Of a stretch of 64,000 bases of DNA, positions 1 to 13,125 are shown piece by piece. Source of the stretch: Chiloscyllium plagiosum. Its lineage: Eukaryota. Every line of letters begins with the position of its first letter. The stretch's first letter is position 1. Under the pieces are notes generated by a model. It worked only from the letters and a program-made list of their open reading frames with translations, made no database searches and had not been told where the DNA came from. Made by a program: the position numbers and the translations under genes. The DNA is taken from assembly GCF_004010195.1 (NCBI RefSeq), contig NC_057720.1, positions 2,051,701 to 2,115,700 on the forward strand, read 5' to 3'.

Positions 1-640
1 CCGTTGCTCCCGATGCGGTCTCCTCTACATTGGGGAGACTGGACACCTCCTCACAGAGCACTTCAGGGAACATCTCCAGGACACCTGCATCAATCAACCA
101 CACCGCCCTGTGGCCCAACATTTCAACTCCCCCTCCCACTCTGCCGAGGACCTGCAGGTGCTGGGCCTCTCCACCGCCGCTCCCTCACCACCCGACACCA
201 GGAGGAAGAACGCCTCATCTTCTGTCTCAGAACACTTCAACCCCAGAGCATCAATGTGGACTTCACCAGTTTCCTCATTTCCCCTCCCCCCCACTTTACC
301 CCAGTTCCAACCTTCCAGCTCAGCACTGTCCCCATGACCTGTCCGACCTGTCTTACCTGCCAATCTCCCTTCCCACCTATCCACTCCATCCTCCCCTCTG
401 ACCTATCACCTTCATCCCCACTCCCATTCACCTATTGTCTATGCTACCTTCTCCCCAGCCCCACCCCTCCCATTTATCTCTCAATGCTTCAGGCTCACTG
501 CCTTTATTCCTGATGAAGGGCTTTTGCCTGAAATGTTGATTTTCCTGCTCCTCGAGTGCTGCCTGACTTGCTGTGCTTTTCCAGCACCACTCTGATCTAA
601 ACTCTGGTTTCCAGCATCTGCAGTCCTCACTTTTCCCTAA
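1..640 (+). mobile_element. Penelope-like element 3' end: GIY-YIG endonuclease C-terminus plus pseudo-LTR (family A), truncated by window start
   Basis: From base 2: RCSRCGLLYIGETGHLLTEHFREHL...PVAQHFN, frameshift, then EEERLIFCLRTLQPQSINVDF. The pLTR carries a decayed hammerhead CTGATGA-A-GGGC-TTTT-GCCT-GAAA at 510-533. Confidence 0.85.
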
Positions 641-759
641 GATGATAATGGTCCCTGTTGAACTGCTGCTGACCATTTAGGAACAAAAGCCGAGTTAATA
701 TAATGAGAGCCGTGGTATTGGAGATAATGTATGAGCAAGGGTGGAGTATTGGCTAATTA

Positions 760-2015
760 CTAGAAGACAGAGAGTTAGGATGAAGGGGCATTTACAGGAT
801 GGCACCCTGTAAGTAGTGGAGAGTAGCAGGGATCAGCACTGGGGCCAAAATTATTTGCAATATATAATAACTTGGATGTGGAAAATGAATGCACTATAGC
901 CCAGTTTGCAGAAGACTCGAAAGTAGGTAGGAAGGCAAGTGGAGACACAAAGAGTCTGAAAAGAGATATAGACAAATTTAAAACGAATGGTGCGTGTATA
1001 GAATGAGCTGCTAGAGGAAGTGGTGGAAGCTGGTACAACAACACATTTAAAAGGCAACTGGGTGGGTATATGGATAGGAAGGGTTTGTTTGAAGGGAAAT
1101 GGGCCAGCTGCTGGCAGGTGCAACTAGATTAATTTAGGATATCTGGTCAGCATGGATGATTTGGATTGAATGGTATGTTTCCATGCTGTACAGCTCTATG
1201 ACTCTATGACTGTATAATTGGGCAAAAACTTGGCAAATGGAATATAAAGTGGGGAAATGTGAGGTTATGTACTTTGGTGGGAAGAATAGAGGCTGAACAT
1301 TATTTAAATGAAGAAAGACTGCAGAAGGCTGCAGAACAGAGGAATTTGAGGTTCTTTGCCTCGAATTCACAGAAAGATCGCATCCAAATTCAGTGGATAA
1401 TAGTGAAGGCAAATGGAATGTTGGCCTTGATTTCAAAGGGAATGGAATATATACGTAGGGAGGGTTTGCTAAAACTATATAAGGTATTTGTGAGAGCACA
1501 GCTGGAATAGTGTGAATTGTTCTGATGCTCTAATGTAAGGAAAGATCTGCATTGGAGGCACTTGGCTGGTCCCACGTCTGGAGGGAAACTCTGATGAGGA
1601 AAAGTTGAGCCAGTTGTGTCTCTCATGATTGGTGTTTAGGAAAACGAGAAGAGACCTTACTGAAACATACCAAATTCAGAAGGGAACTTGACAGGGTCGA
1701 CGTCGAAAGGTTGTTTTTCCTTGTGGGAGAGTTTAGGACCAGAGGGCATCATCTCAAAAGAAGGGATCACACATTTGAAGCAAATGAGGAGGAATTTCTT
1801 CTCTCAGAGAATCCATGGAATGTTTTTACAACAGACGGCTATTGAAACTGGGTCAGGAAGTAAATTAAAGGCTGAGAGAGACAGAATTTTATTCAGTCAG
1901 AGAATCAGGGATTTGGGTAAAAGTTGAGGATTATCAGATCAGCCATGTTTTCATTTCAAGACACAGCAGACTTGATGGGCTGAACAGCCAACTTCCACTC
2001 CTACATCTTATGGTC
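760..2015 (+). mobile_element. Decayed CR1 LINE RT/3' fragment with a nested younger CR1 3' end (~980-1212)
   Basis: RT-like peptides (KANGMLALISKGMEY...LLKLYKVFVRAQLE; RRNFFSQR). The nested piece ends in a (ctatga)n tail. Confidence 0.8.
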
Positions 2016-2755
2016 GTACAAGGATAACCCCAGGATAGGAATATCAGGACATCAACCCAGCAATGCCAGCAGTGACAGATGTTCCATCAGGACAATATGG
2101 AAACCTGTGAAGGCCACAATCCTCTTGAAGTTTCCCTCTTGTTCCCCAGAAGTAAAATTGGCTATTGAGGCAAACAGCATTAAAAACCTACATTTCTATA
2201 GCGCTGATCAGAACCACAATGCGATTCACAGTATTTCACCAGCTCTGCCTGCCCTTCTGGATAGAAAAGATCGAAGAACACTATATTGACTAACAGCTTG
2301 GTGAGCTCACCCTGGGTTCCTCGCGAATATTTATCCCTCCACTAACATCATGAATGGACAGGTTGTTAGGTGACTTATCACAGTCTATTTTGAGAAACAC
2401 TTTATGTTAAAATTGGCTGTAGATTTTAAACATTACAGCAGTGATTACAACATAATTCACTGACAGTGACATTTTGAAAGGTTCTGAGGCCATGAAAGAA
2501 GCCATTGCAGAACATAAACCGTGGGAAGAGAGGGAAGCCATTACACCCAGTCAGAATAAGTGCAAGCTTTTTCATTGGACACCAAATAAAAGGGAGACAT
2601 TATGTTGTTATTGGCTGTCAGTTACAAATATCAAAAACATTAGCACCATCTCATGCTTTACCCTTCATTCAACATTTTGTTCTGCTTTCTGAACTGACAC
2701 TCAAACAATTTCTGCATCTGGAATCGCCCTTTACCACACATCCCAGCTACTTTGA

Positions 2756-4260
2756 GCTAGAACAAGAACAAGGAACATTCCAGCACAGGAACAGGCCCTT
2801 CGGCCCTCCAAGTCTGCGCCGATCCAGATCCTCGATCTAAACCTGCCGTCTATTTTCCAAGGATATGTATCCCTCTGCTCCCTGCCCATTCATGTATCTG
2901 TCTGAGATACATCTTAAATGATGCCATCGTGCCCACCTCTACCACCTCCGCTGGCAATGCATTCCAGGCACACACCACCCTCTGTGTAAAGAACTTTCCA
3001 CGCATATCTCCCCGAAACTTTTCTCCCCTCACCTTGAACTCGTGACCCCTAGTAATTGAGTCCCCCACTCTGGGAAAAAGCTTGTTGCTCTCCACCCTAT
3101 CGACACCTCTCATGATTTTGTAAACCTCAATCAGGTCCGCCCTCAACCTCCATCTTTCTAATGAAAATAATCCTAATCTACTCAACCTTGCTTCATAGCT
3201 AGCGCCCTCCATACCAGGCAACATCCTGGTGAACCTCCTCTGCAGCCTCTCCAAAGCATCCACATCCTTTTGGTAATGTTGCTGAACCAAAGAGGGTGAC
3301 CTTATAGAGGTTTACAAAATTATGAGGGGCATGGATAGGATAAATAGACAAAGTCTTTTCCCTGGGGTGGGGGAGTCCAGAACTAGAGGGCATAGGTTTA
3401 GAGTGAGAGGGGAAAGATATAAAAGAGACCTAAGGGGCAACTTTTTCACGCAGAGGGTGGTATGTGTATGGAATGAGCTGTCAGAGGATGTGGTGGAGGC
3501 TGGTACAATTGCAACATTTAAAAGGCATTTGGATGTGTATATGAATAGGAAGGGTTTGGAGGGATATGGGCCGGGTGCTGGCAGGTGGGACTAGATTGGG
3601 TTGGGATATCTGGTCGGCATGGACAGGTTGGACCGAAGAGTCTGTTTCCATGCTGTATATCTCTATGATTCTATATGAACTGTATCATGTTTTGCCAACT
3701 CTTGTACCCCATACCCCATCTGATGAAGGAAAGCATGCCATATGCCTTCTTGACCACTCTATCGGCCTGTGTTGCCACCTTCAGGGAGCAATGGATCTGA
3801 ACACCCAGATCTCTCTGTACATCAATTTTCCCCAGGACTTTTCCATTTACCGTATGGTTCGCTCTTGAATTGGATCTTCCAAAATGTATCACCTCGCATT
3901 TGCTTGGATTGAACTCCATCTGCCATTTCTCTGCCAACTCTCCAATCTATCCATATTCTGCTGCATTCTCTGACAGTCCGCTTCACTATCTGCTACTCGA
4001 TCAATCTTAGTTTCATCTGCAAACTTGCTAATCAGACCACTAATACCTTCCTCCAAATCATTTATGTATATCATAAACAACAGTGGTCCCAACATGGATC
4101 CCTGTGGAACACCACTGGTCACAGGTCTCCATTTTGAGAAACTCCCTTCCACTACTACTCTCTGTCTCCTGTTGCCCGGCCAGTTCTCTGTCCATCTAGC
4201 GAGTACACCCTGGACCCCATGTGACTTCACTTTCTCCATTGGCCTAACATGGGGAACCTT
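2756..4260 (-). mobile_element. CR1 LINE 3' part, interrupted at ~3290-3675 by an opposite-strand CR1 3' end
   Basis: ORFs 3889-4239, 3671-3937 and 2850-3290 (SGVPQGS, FADE, LERLQRRFTRMLPG). The insert carries ORF 3322-3594 (+). Confidence 0.9.
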
Positions 4261-4306
4261 GAGCTCAACAACCTCAGTTCCCTCGAGGTCTGCAGCATGT
4301 CAACTT

Positions 4307-4592
4307 CTCCCTATCTCTGTCACCTCCTCCAGCACCTACAATCCCCTATCTCTTTAACCTTCTTCAGCCCCTACACCCCTTCCTAACTCTGTCACTTCCT
4401 GCAGCCCCTAGACCCCTCCCTATCTTTGTCACCTGCTCCAGCCCCCTTCACCCCATCTTACCTCTGTAACCTCCACCAGTTCCTACACCCCTTCCTAACT
4501 CTGTCACCTCCTCCAGCCCCTACATCCCTCCCTATCTCTATCACCTCTTCCAGTCCCTACACCCTCCCCATCTCTCTAACCTCCTCCAGCCT
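4307..4592. repeat. C/T-rich minisatellite, ~36-37 bp unit (ccctatctctgtaacctcctccagcccctacaccc-like), ~8 copies
   Basis: Recurring cta(t/a)ctct...cctccagcccctac at ~37 bp spacing. Confidence 0.8.
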
Positions 4593-7500
4593 CGACATGC
4601 CTCAAATCGTGTTAGCAACTTCAGTTCCTGCCGTGCATTAAATTGCCTGGGCCTAATGCTCTCCTGTTCCCTCCGTAAACTGTTACACCGTTGTCTCTTT
4701 GTCAAGACACTGTTTAAATTCCCCCTCTCTTCCCAAGCTTAGGAGCAACTATTCCAATATCTCAAGTTGCCACTTGGTGCCACTGCATCTGTGAAGTCTT
4801 TGGGACATTTTATAATCCTGGAAAAACATTGTGTATTAAAGCATTCATGAACCTTTGAAAATAAATTTTCTCAACAGCTCCCTGCGTGAAATCTCTCCAC
4901 AAGTTGATTGAGTAAAACTCCCAGAAGGTAGCGAACAGGTTATGGAAGTTAGAGATATAAGGAGTAGTGTAGCAGGAGGAAGTTCAAAGGGGATCTGAGG
5001 CAAAATGTTTTCACTCAGAGAGTGGCAACATCAGGGTGGGAGAGGCAGAAACCCTCATGACATTGAAGAAGCTGAGATGTGCACCTGAGATGCAAGTGTG
5101 ACTTTCAGTTGCCAGCAGCAGGAAAAATGGGAGCTTGGACCAGGGGCCTGTCGGGAAAGGTGAGTCACCGATTTAAAACTTTAAAAGCTTACCTCGAGCA
5201 TTGGCAGCAGCAGCACCTCGGGGAGCAGAGGTCTCTGGGAAAGGAGGGACTTTTCTTCCCCCTCAGCTATAAGTGAGTGTTTTCTAAACCTGAGACCCTA
5301 CCCTTGTAGGGCCTCCCACCCAACCACCTCCTCTAACCTTAAACACCAGGGACATCAGGCAAGCTTCTGTTTTTTTCACTTTCTGATAAGGAGACAAGTA
5401 GGAATGGCAGTGCAGGGAGACGAATGTTCCTCCTGCATGATGCTTGAGGTGAGGGACACCATTAATGTCCCATCCAAGTACATCTGCAGGAAGTGCACCC
5501 AACTCTCACTCCTCCAAGACCGTGTTAGCAAATTGGAGCGGGAACTGAATGACCTTCAGATCATTCGGGAGGGAGAGGCTGTGATAGATAAGAGTTACAG
5601 GGAAATAGTTACTCCGAGACACGAAGAAAGCTGGGTGACTGTTTGAAGAGGGGAAAACAGACAGTGCAGGGATCCCCTGTGGTCATTCCCCTGAAAAACA
5701 AGTAATCCATTTTGGAGACTGTTTGGAGGGTGGATGACTTACCAGGGGCATGCACTGGGATGCTGGTCTCTGGTACAGAGCCTGTCCCTGTTGCACAGAA
5801 GAGAAGGAGGGAAAGGAGGAGAGTGTTAGTCATTGGGGACTCAATAGTTAGAGGCTCAGATAGAAGGTTTGTTGGGAACGAAAGAGACTCACGGTCAGTG
5901 ATGCCTCCCAGGTGCCAGGGTCCGTGATGTCTCGGATTATGTATTTCGGGTCCTGAAGGGAGAGGTGACCAGCCTCAAGTCGTTGTCCATGTAGGTACCA
6001 ATGACACAGGTAGAAAGAGGGATAGGGATGTAAGGCAGGATTTCAGGGAGCTAGGGTCGAAGCTGAGAGCTAGAACAATCAGAGTTGTTATCTCTGGTTT
6101 GTTACCCGTGGTACGTGATAGCGAGGCAAGGAATAGGGAGAGATGTCAGCTGAACATGTGGTTGCAGGGATGGTTTCAGGTACTTGGATAATTGGGGCTC
6201 ATTCTGGGAAGGTGGGACCTGCATAAACAGGGCGGTCTTCACTTGAACCGGAGGGGTACTAATATCCTGGATGGGAAATTTGCTGGTGCTATTCGGGTGG
6301 GTTTAAACTAGCTCAGCAGGGGGATGGGAACCTGAGGTGTTTTTCCAGTACACAGGAGGATGAGAGTAGGGAGGGAACGAATAGGATTTCACGGTCACAG
6401 GAATGTGCTGGCAGACAGAAAGCTGGTTTGAAGTGTGTCTACTTCAATGCCAGTAGTATCTGAAATAAGTTAGGTGAGCTTGCAGCATGGATAGATACCT
6501 GGGACTTCGATGTTGTGGCCATTTTTTAGACTGGAAAGAGCAAGGTCAGGAATGGATGTTGCAGGTTCCAGGGTTTAGATCTTTCATTAAGAATAAGGAA
6601 GTTGGTAAAAGAGGTGGAGGTGTGGCCTTGTTAGTCAAAGATAGTATAAGGGTAGCTGAAAGAACATTTGACGAGGACCCGTCTACTGAGGTAGTGTGGG
6701 CTGAGGTTAGAATCAGGAGAGGAGAGGTCACACTGCTGGGAGTTTTTTATAGGCCTCTGCAGAGTTCCAGGGAGGTGGAAGAGAGGATTGGCAAATCGAT
6801 TCTGGGCAGGAGTGAAAGGAATAGGGTGGTCAATTTGGGGGACTTTAACTTGCCCAACATTGACTGGAAATGCTATAACTCTAGTACATTGCATAGATCA
6901 GTTTTTGTCCAATGTGTACAGGAGGGTTTTCTGACACAGTATGTCGAAGGGCCGACAAGAGGGGAGGCCACACTGGATCTGGTACTTGCTGTTTGATTTA
7001 GTGATAGGTGAGCACTTTGGAGAAAGTGATAATAATTGGGTAACGTTTAGTTTAGTGATAGAAAAGGATAGGTACATGCCACAGGGCAAGAGTTACAGAT
7101 GGGGCAAGGGCAATTATAAAGTGATTAGGCAAGACTTAGGAGGCATAGAATGGGGCAGAAAAATGCAGGAGATGGGGACAATTGAAATGTGGAGCTGGTT
7201 TAAGGTACAGATATTGTGTGTCTTTGATAGGTATGTCCCTGTCAGGCAGGGAGGAAGTGATAAGATAAGGGAACCGTGGTTTACTAAAGAAATTGTATCA
7301 CTTGTTAAGCGAAAGAGGGAGGCTTATGTGACGTTGAGGCGTGATGGAGAGGTACAGAGTAGCTAGGAAGGATTTAAAGAGAGAGTTAAGAAGAGCAAGG
7401 AGGGGACATGAGCAGTCTTTAGCCGGTCGAATAAAGGAGAACCCTAAAGCTTTCTATAGGTATGTGAGGAATAAAAGGATAATGAGGGTAGGAATAAGGC

Positions 7501-8143
7501 CAGGCAAAGACAGAAGTGGGAAGTTGTGTGTGGACCCTGTGGAGATCGGGGAGGTGCTAACTGAATATTTCTCAAGTGTTTTCACTCAGGAAATGGAGAA
7601 TATTGTAGAGGAGAAAACTGAGAAAAGGGCTATGAGACTTGAAAGGATTGAAGTTAGTAAGGAAGAGGTGTTATTAATTCGAGAAGGTGTGAAGGTAGAT
7701 AACGTCCCCTGGGCCGGATGGGATTTTTACGCGAATTCTCTGGGAAGCTAGGGAGGACTTAGCCGAGCCTTTGACCTTGATCTTTGAGTAGTCATTGTCT
7801 CTAGGTTTAGTACCAGAGGACTGGAGGATTGCAAATGTGCCCTTGTTCAAGAAGGGCAGGAGAGATAATCCAGGTAATTATAGACCAGTGAGCCTTATGT
7901 CTGTTGTTGGAAAAATTTTGGAATGGATTATAAGAGATAGAACTTATAATCATCCAGCAAGAGCAATTTGATTTGAAATAGTCAACGTGGTTTCGTCAAG
8001 GGCAGATCATGTCTCCCAAACCTCATTGAGTTTTTTGAGAAGGTGACCAAGCATGTAGATAAGGTTGGGCAGTTGATGTGGTATACATGGATTTTAGTAA
8101 AGCCTTTGATAAGGTTCCACATGGTAGGCTGTTGGAGAAAATG

Positions 8144-8270
8144 AGGAGAAAGTGAGGTCTGCAGATGCTGGAGATCAGAGATGGAAATGTGTTGCTGGAA
8201 AAGCGCAGCAGGTCAGGCAGCATCTAGGGAACAGGAGAATCGACGTTTCGGGCATTAGCCCGGAAATGCA
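8144..8270 (-). mobile_element. PLE pLTR-derived mini-insertion (family A), truncated within the hammerhead
   Basis: Homologous to 510-640. TSD gagaaaatg at 8135-8143 and 8271-8279. Removing it restores the host RT peptide LLEKMQRHG. Confidence 0.85.
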
Positions 8271-8775
8271 GAGAAAATGCAGAGGCATGGGATTGAAGGT
8301 GATTTAGCAGTTTGGATTAAAAACTGGCTTTCTGAAAGAAGACAACGAGTGGTGGTTGATGGAAAATATTCAGCCTGGAGTCTGGATACTAGTGGTGTGC
8401 CACAAGGATCTGTTTTGGGACAATTGCTGTTTGTCATTTTTATAAATGACTTGGATGCAGGCATAAGTGGATGGGTTAGTGAGTTTGCAGATGACACTAA
8501 CATCGGTGGAGGAGTGGACAGTGTGGAAGAATGTTGCAGGTTGCAGGGAGACATGGATAAACTGCAGAACTGGGCTGAGAGGTGGCAAATGGAGTTCAAT
8601 GCAGATAAATGTGAGGTGATTCACTTTAGGAAGAATAACAGGAAGGCAGAGTACTGGGTCAATGGAAAGATTGTTGGCAGTGTGGATGTGCAGAGGGATC
8701 TTGAAGTCCATGTACATAGATCCCTGAAAGTTGCCACCTCAGTTAATAGTTCTGTTAAGAAGGCATATGGTGTGT

Positions 8776-9407
8776 AAAGTTAAAAATCACACAACAGCTT
8801 GCTACAAGCCGGGCAGCTTGCTACAAACAACGATCTGTTTGAGGTTTGGCGGTTGTTTAAAGACAAGTAGTGGAGGTGTGGGGAAGGTCTTAGTGAGGTG
8901 CGCATCCTCATTTTGTGGGGTGAATTTGTACTTGCAGGGTTACATTGTACTTTGTTCAAAAACTGCATGCATTCATGTAAAACTCCGTTATCTCACTTTT
9001 TAGATTAGAATCAATCTAAACATCATGGCATAGACAGAGAACACAGGGGGCCAACACCTTCAACATATTGTCTAGCTATCACCCATTGTTACAGCTAACC
9101 TGAGAATGCAACTTTTTTAAAAAAAGATTTTGTGATTTACACATGAAAGAAGTGAAACTATCACTGTATTCTAACAGATGAAAGGCTTAACAGACAATCA
9201 ATTTTTCACTGTATAATTTCAGTTACATCACACTGTAAATTTTTGCTATAAATTCTGTGTGTTAGGATTGAGCCCTCCACTACCACCTGATGAAGGAGCG
9301 TCGCTCCGAAAGCTAGTGTGCTTCCAATTAACCCTGTTGGACTCTAACCTGGCGTTGTGTGATTTTTTAACTTTGTACACCCCAGTCCAACACTGGCATC
9401 TCCAAAT
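8776..9407 (+). mobile_element. 5'-inverted PLE fragment (family B) inserted in CR1
   Basis: TSD tatggtgtgt at 8766-8775 and 9408-9417 (host KKAYGVLGFI). 8772-8794 is an inverted copy of ~9355-9380. Minus-strand ~8815-8913 encodes NEDAHLTKTFPTPPLLVFKQPPNLKQIVVCSKL, homologous to the PLE at ~39725-39830. Confidence 0.88.
9284..9318 (+). ncRNA. Minimal type I hammerhead ribozyme motif, core intact (family B)
   Basis: CAC-CUGAUGA-A-GGAGC-GUC-GCUCC-GAAA-GC-UA^GUG. Stem I CAC/GUG, 5-bp stem II, palindromic AGCU in place of stem III, CUA cleavage triplet. Activity not shown. Confidence 0.75.
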
Positions 9408-10859
9408 TATGGTGTGTTAGGTTTTATTAATAGGGGGATTGAGTTCTGGAGCTGTGATGTCATGCTGAAATTGTACAAAATGCTAGTGCGGCCTCACTTG
9501 GAATATTGTGTACAGTTCTGGTCGCTCCATTACAGGAAGAATGTGGAAGCATTGGAAAAGGTGCAGAGGAGATTTACCAGGATTTTGCCTGGTCTGAAGC
9601 AAAGGTTTTATGAGAAAAGGCTGAGGGACTTGGATCTGTTCTCATTGGAGAGAAGAAAGCGAAGAGGCAATTTAATAGAGACCTACAGATCAGAGGAGTA
9701 GATAGGGTAATCAGAGGAGTAGGTAGGGTGGATAGTGAGTCTTTTTCCTAGGATGATGACATCTATTTGCACAAGGGGGCAGAGCTGCAAATTGAGGGGT
9801 GATAGATTTAAGACAGATGTCAGAGGCAGGTTCTTCACTCAGAGAGTGGTAAGGGTGTGGAATGCCCTACCTGCCAATGTAGTTAACTCAGCCACATTAG
9901 GGGCATTTAAACAATCCTTGGATAATCACATGGATGATGATGGGATAGTGTGGGATGATGGGATTAGATTACTTCACAGGTTGGCGCAACATCAAGGGCC
10001 GAAGGGCCTGTTCTGCACTATACTGTTCTAGTTTCTATGTTCTATGATCTAAGGCAGCAAGGCAATAGGCTCTGCTGGAAAACAGGATCTTTCATTCTGA
10101 AAAAGAGTCATACCAGACACATTGGAACATTGGAGTTGGCCATTCTGCCCCTCAAACCTATTCTACCATTCAATCGGATCGTTAGTCAACCTGTGGCCTT
10201 ACTCTACATATTTGCATTTGGCTGAAAGCCCTAAATATCCCTTAACAAAAGTGTATAGACTTTAGATTTAAAACACAGTACATTAAAACTGTTTCTGTCT
10301 TCACAGATACTGTCAGACCTGCTGAGGCCCATTAACATTCTCTGTGTTTATTTCAGGTTTCCAACTGCTGCAGTATGTTGCCTTGATTAGAATAGTTTTT
10401 GCCCAGCACAGACTCGATGGATTGAAGAGTCTTTTTCTGTGCTGTAGACCTCTTTGACTCTAATCTGAACATCTTCCCACAGAAATTTCTATGCCTTGTT
10501 TGTATTTTTGACAATTTATGAATCCACTCCACAGAAAATGCAAAGCAAGTTAAAATTAAATTAGAATATTAGATTTTCATTTCTGTCAACATAGTGGATT
10601 CAGATTTGGTACATGATGTTTAAATCTGCTCAGTTATTATTACATGGATAAGTATTTTCCAGTGTAGGGAAAGTGAACAAAGCATATATAATCCTTTTAT
10701 AATTATACAGCAGAGTGACTTTCAGATTAAGTAGACTGTGGGGTTTGTGGATCAGAATTTGTGTGCAAAAGTTCTCTGAATGTGTGACCTTCACCATTTA
10801 TTGTAACAGTGTGGGGTATTGTACCATGTTCCTCATGGACAGATTCCATGGGAACTAAG

Positions 10860-13125
10860 CCATTCTCTGGCCTTTCAGAAGGCTTTTTGCCAAAGTCCCA
10901 CATAGAAGATTAATCAGTAAATTAAAGTGCATGGGTTGGGAGCAGTGTACTGAGATAGGTAGAAAATTAATTAGCAGACAGGAACCAAAGAGTAGGAATA
11001 AATGAGTATTTTTCTTAATGGTAGGCAGTGACTAGCGGGGTACCGCAGAGCTCTGAACCACATTCCCCAGCTATTCACAGTGTATGTTAATGATTTCGAT
11101 GAGGAAACTAAATGTAAACTCTTAAGATTTGCGGGTGGCACAGAACTGGGTGGGACAGTGAGCTGTGAGAAGGATGCAGAGGTGTTGCAGTGTGATTTGG
11201 ACAGACTGAGAGAGTGGGTAAATGCATGGCACATGCAGTATAATGTAGATACGTGTGAGGTTACCTACTTTAGTAGCAAAAATAGGAAAGCAGATTATTG
11301 TCTGGTTGTGAATTAAGAGAGGGGAATGTTCAATGAGATCTGGGAGTCATCGTGCACCAGTTAGAGAGTCATAGAGTCAGAGAGTCATAGAGTACGGAGA
11401 CAGGCTGTTCAGCCCAAACTGGTCCATGCTGACCAAAAAGTGCCATTTGTTGGTCTATTTCCCTGCAAATGGTCTAAATCCTTCTAATCTGCTTCTATCC
11501 ATGTATTTGTCCAAATGCCTTTTAAATGTCGTTAATGTACCCACCTCAACCACTTTCACTGGCAACTCATTCCATATGTGTTACCCCTCAGGTTCCCTTT
11601 TATTCTTTCCCCTCTAACCTTAAACTGATGCCCTCCAGTCCTCAATTCCCTAACCCTGGGAAAAAGGCTGAGTGCATTCATCCTATCCAGGCCTCTCATG
11701 ATCTTATACACCTCTATAAGGTCCCCCCTCAGTCTCCTACAGGTCTAAAGAAAAAAGTCCTAGCCTGTCCAACCTCTCCCTGTAACTCAGACCCTTGAGT
11801 CCTGGCAACATCCTTGTAAATTTCTTCTGCACTCTTTCAAGTTTAATGACATCCTTCCTATAGCAAGGTGACCAAAACCGAACACAATACTCCAAGTGCG
11901 GCCTCACCAACGTCTTGTATAATTGCAACATAATTTCCCAACTTCAATACTCAATGCCCTGACTGATGAAGGCCAGTGTGCCAAAAGCCTTCCTCACTGC
12001 CCTGTCTCCCTGGGACTCCACTTTTAGAGAACGATGCACCTGAACTCCAAGGTCCCTCTGTTCCACTACACTCCTTAAGGCCCTACCATTCACCATGAAA
12101 CACCTACTTTGATTTGACTTTCCAAAATGAAAGACCTCACACTTAGAGTCATAGAGTCGTAGAGATGTACAGCATGGCAACAGACCCTTTGGTCCATGCC
12201 GACCAGATATCCCAACTCAATCTAGTCCCACCTGCCAGCACCCGGCCCATATCCCTCCAAACCCTTCCTATTCATATACCCATCCAAATGCCTCTTAAAT
12301 GTTGCAATTGTACCAGCCTCCACCACATTCTCTGGCAGCTCATTCCATACACGTACCACCATCTGCGTGAAAAAGTTGCCCCTGAGGTCTCTTTTATATC
12401 TTTCCCCTCTCATCCTAAACCCATGCCCTCTGGTTCTGGACTCCCCGATCCCAGGGAAAAGACTTTGTCTATTTACTCCATTTGCCATTTCTCTTCCCCA
12501 GCTGACCAAGGTCTTGCTGCAGTCTCTGAAAACCTTCATCACTGTCTACAATACCGCCTCTTTTAGTGTCGTCTGCAAACTTACTAATCATGCCTTGTAC
12601 ATTCTAATCCAAATCATTGATAACAAACAGCAATGGGCCCACCACCATCCCCTGAGGCACCACCATAGTCACAGGCTCCAGTCCAACAAACATCCTTCCA
12701 CTCTTACCCTCTGCTTCCTACCATCAAGCTAATTGTGTATCCAATTTGCCAGCTTGCCATTAACCTTCGAGAGCAGCCTACTGTGTGGAACCTTAACAAA
12801 GGCCTTACTGAAATCCATATAGAATACACCTACTGCCCTATCCTCATCAGCCTTCCTGGTCACTTCACCAAAGAACTCTAACAAATTTGTAAGGCATGAT
12901 CTCCCACTCACAAAGCCATGCTGACTGCTCCAAATCAAACCCTGTCTTTTCAAAAATGCATATATATCTTATCCTTCAGAATCTTCTCAAGTAACTTACC
13001 AACCACGGATGTAAGGCTTACTGGTCTATAGTTCCCAGGTTTTTCTTTGCAGCCCTTCTTCAATAAGGGCACAACATTCGCTACCCTCCAGTCTTCCAGG
13101 ACCATCCGTGGCTAATGATGACACA
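10860..13125. mobile_element. Nested CR1 cluster: + fragment 10860-11362; - element ~11363-13125 with a further - CR1 3' end at ~12143-12477
   Basis: ORFs 11080-11316 (+), and 11737-11931, 11944-12180, 12222-12542, 12729-12953 (-). tagagtca tails at ~11365 and ~12143. Confidence 0.88.

Larger units (their letters stand above)
5120..10050 (+). mobile_element. Near full-length, inactivated CR1 LINE (ORF1 zinc finger + SGNH esterase; ORF2 APE + RT) with two PLE-derived insertions
   Basis: ORF1 from 5404: CSSC...CRKC, coiled coil, VLVIGDSIVRG. ORF2: APE motifs (LGDFNLPNIDW, LDLVL) and RT motifs ([24 protein letters not shown]). Tail (ttctatg)n near 10025-10050. Multiple stops and frameshifts. 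Confidence 0.92.

Noticed and set aside
4..513. 169-aa Pro-rich ORF as a host gene
   Set aside because: Frameshifted PLE endonuclease end plus pyrimidine-rich pLTR sequence.
6487..9990. Active or domesticated reverse transcriptase gene
   Set aside because: All RT/APE frames in the window are broken by stops, frameshifts and insertions.
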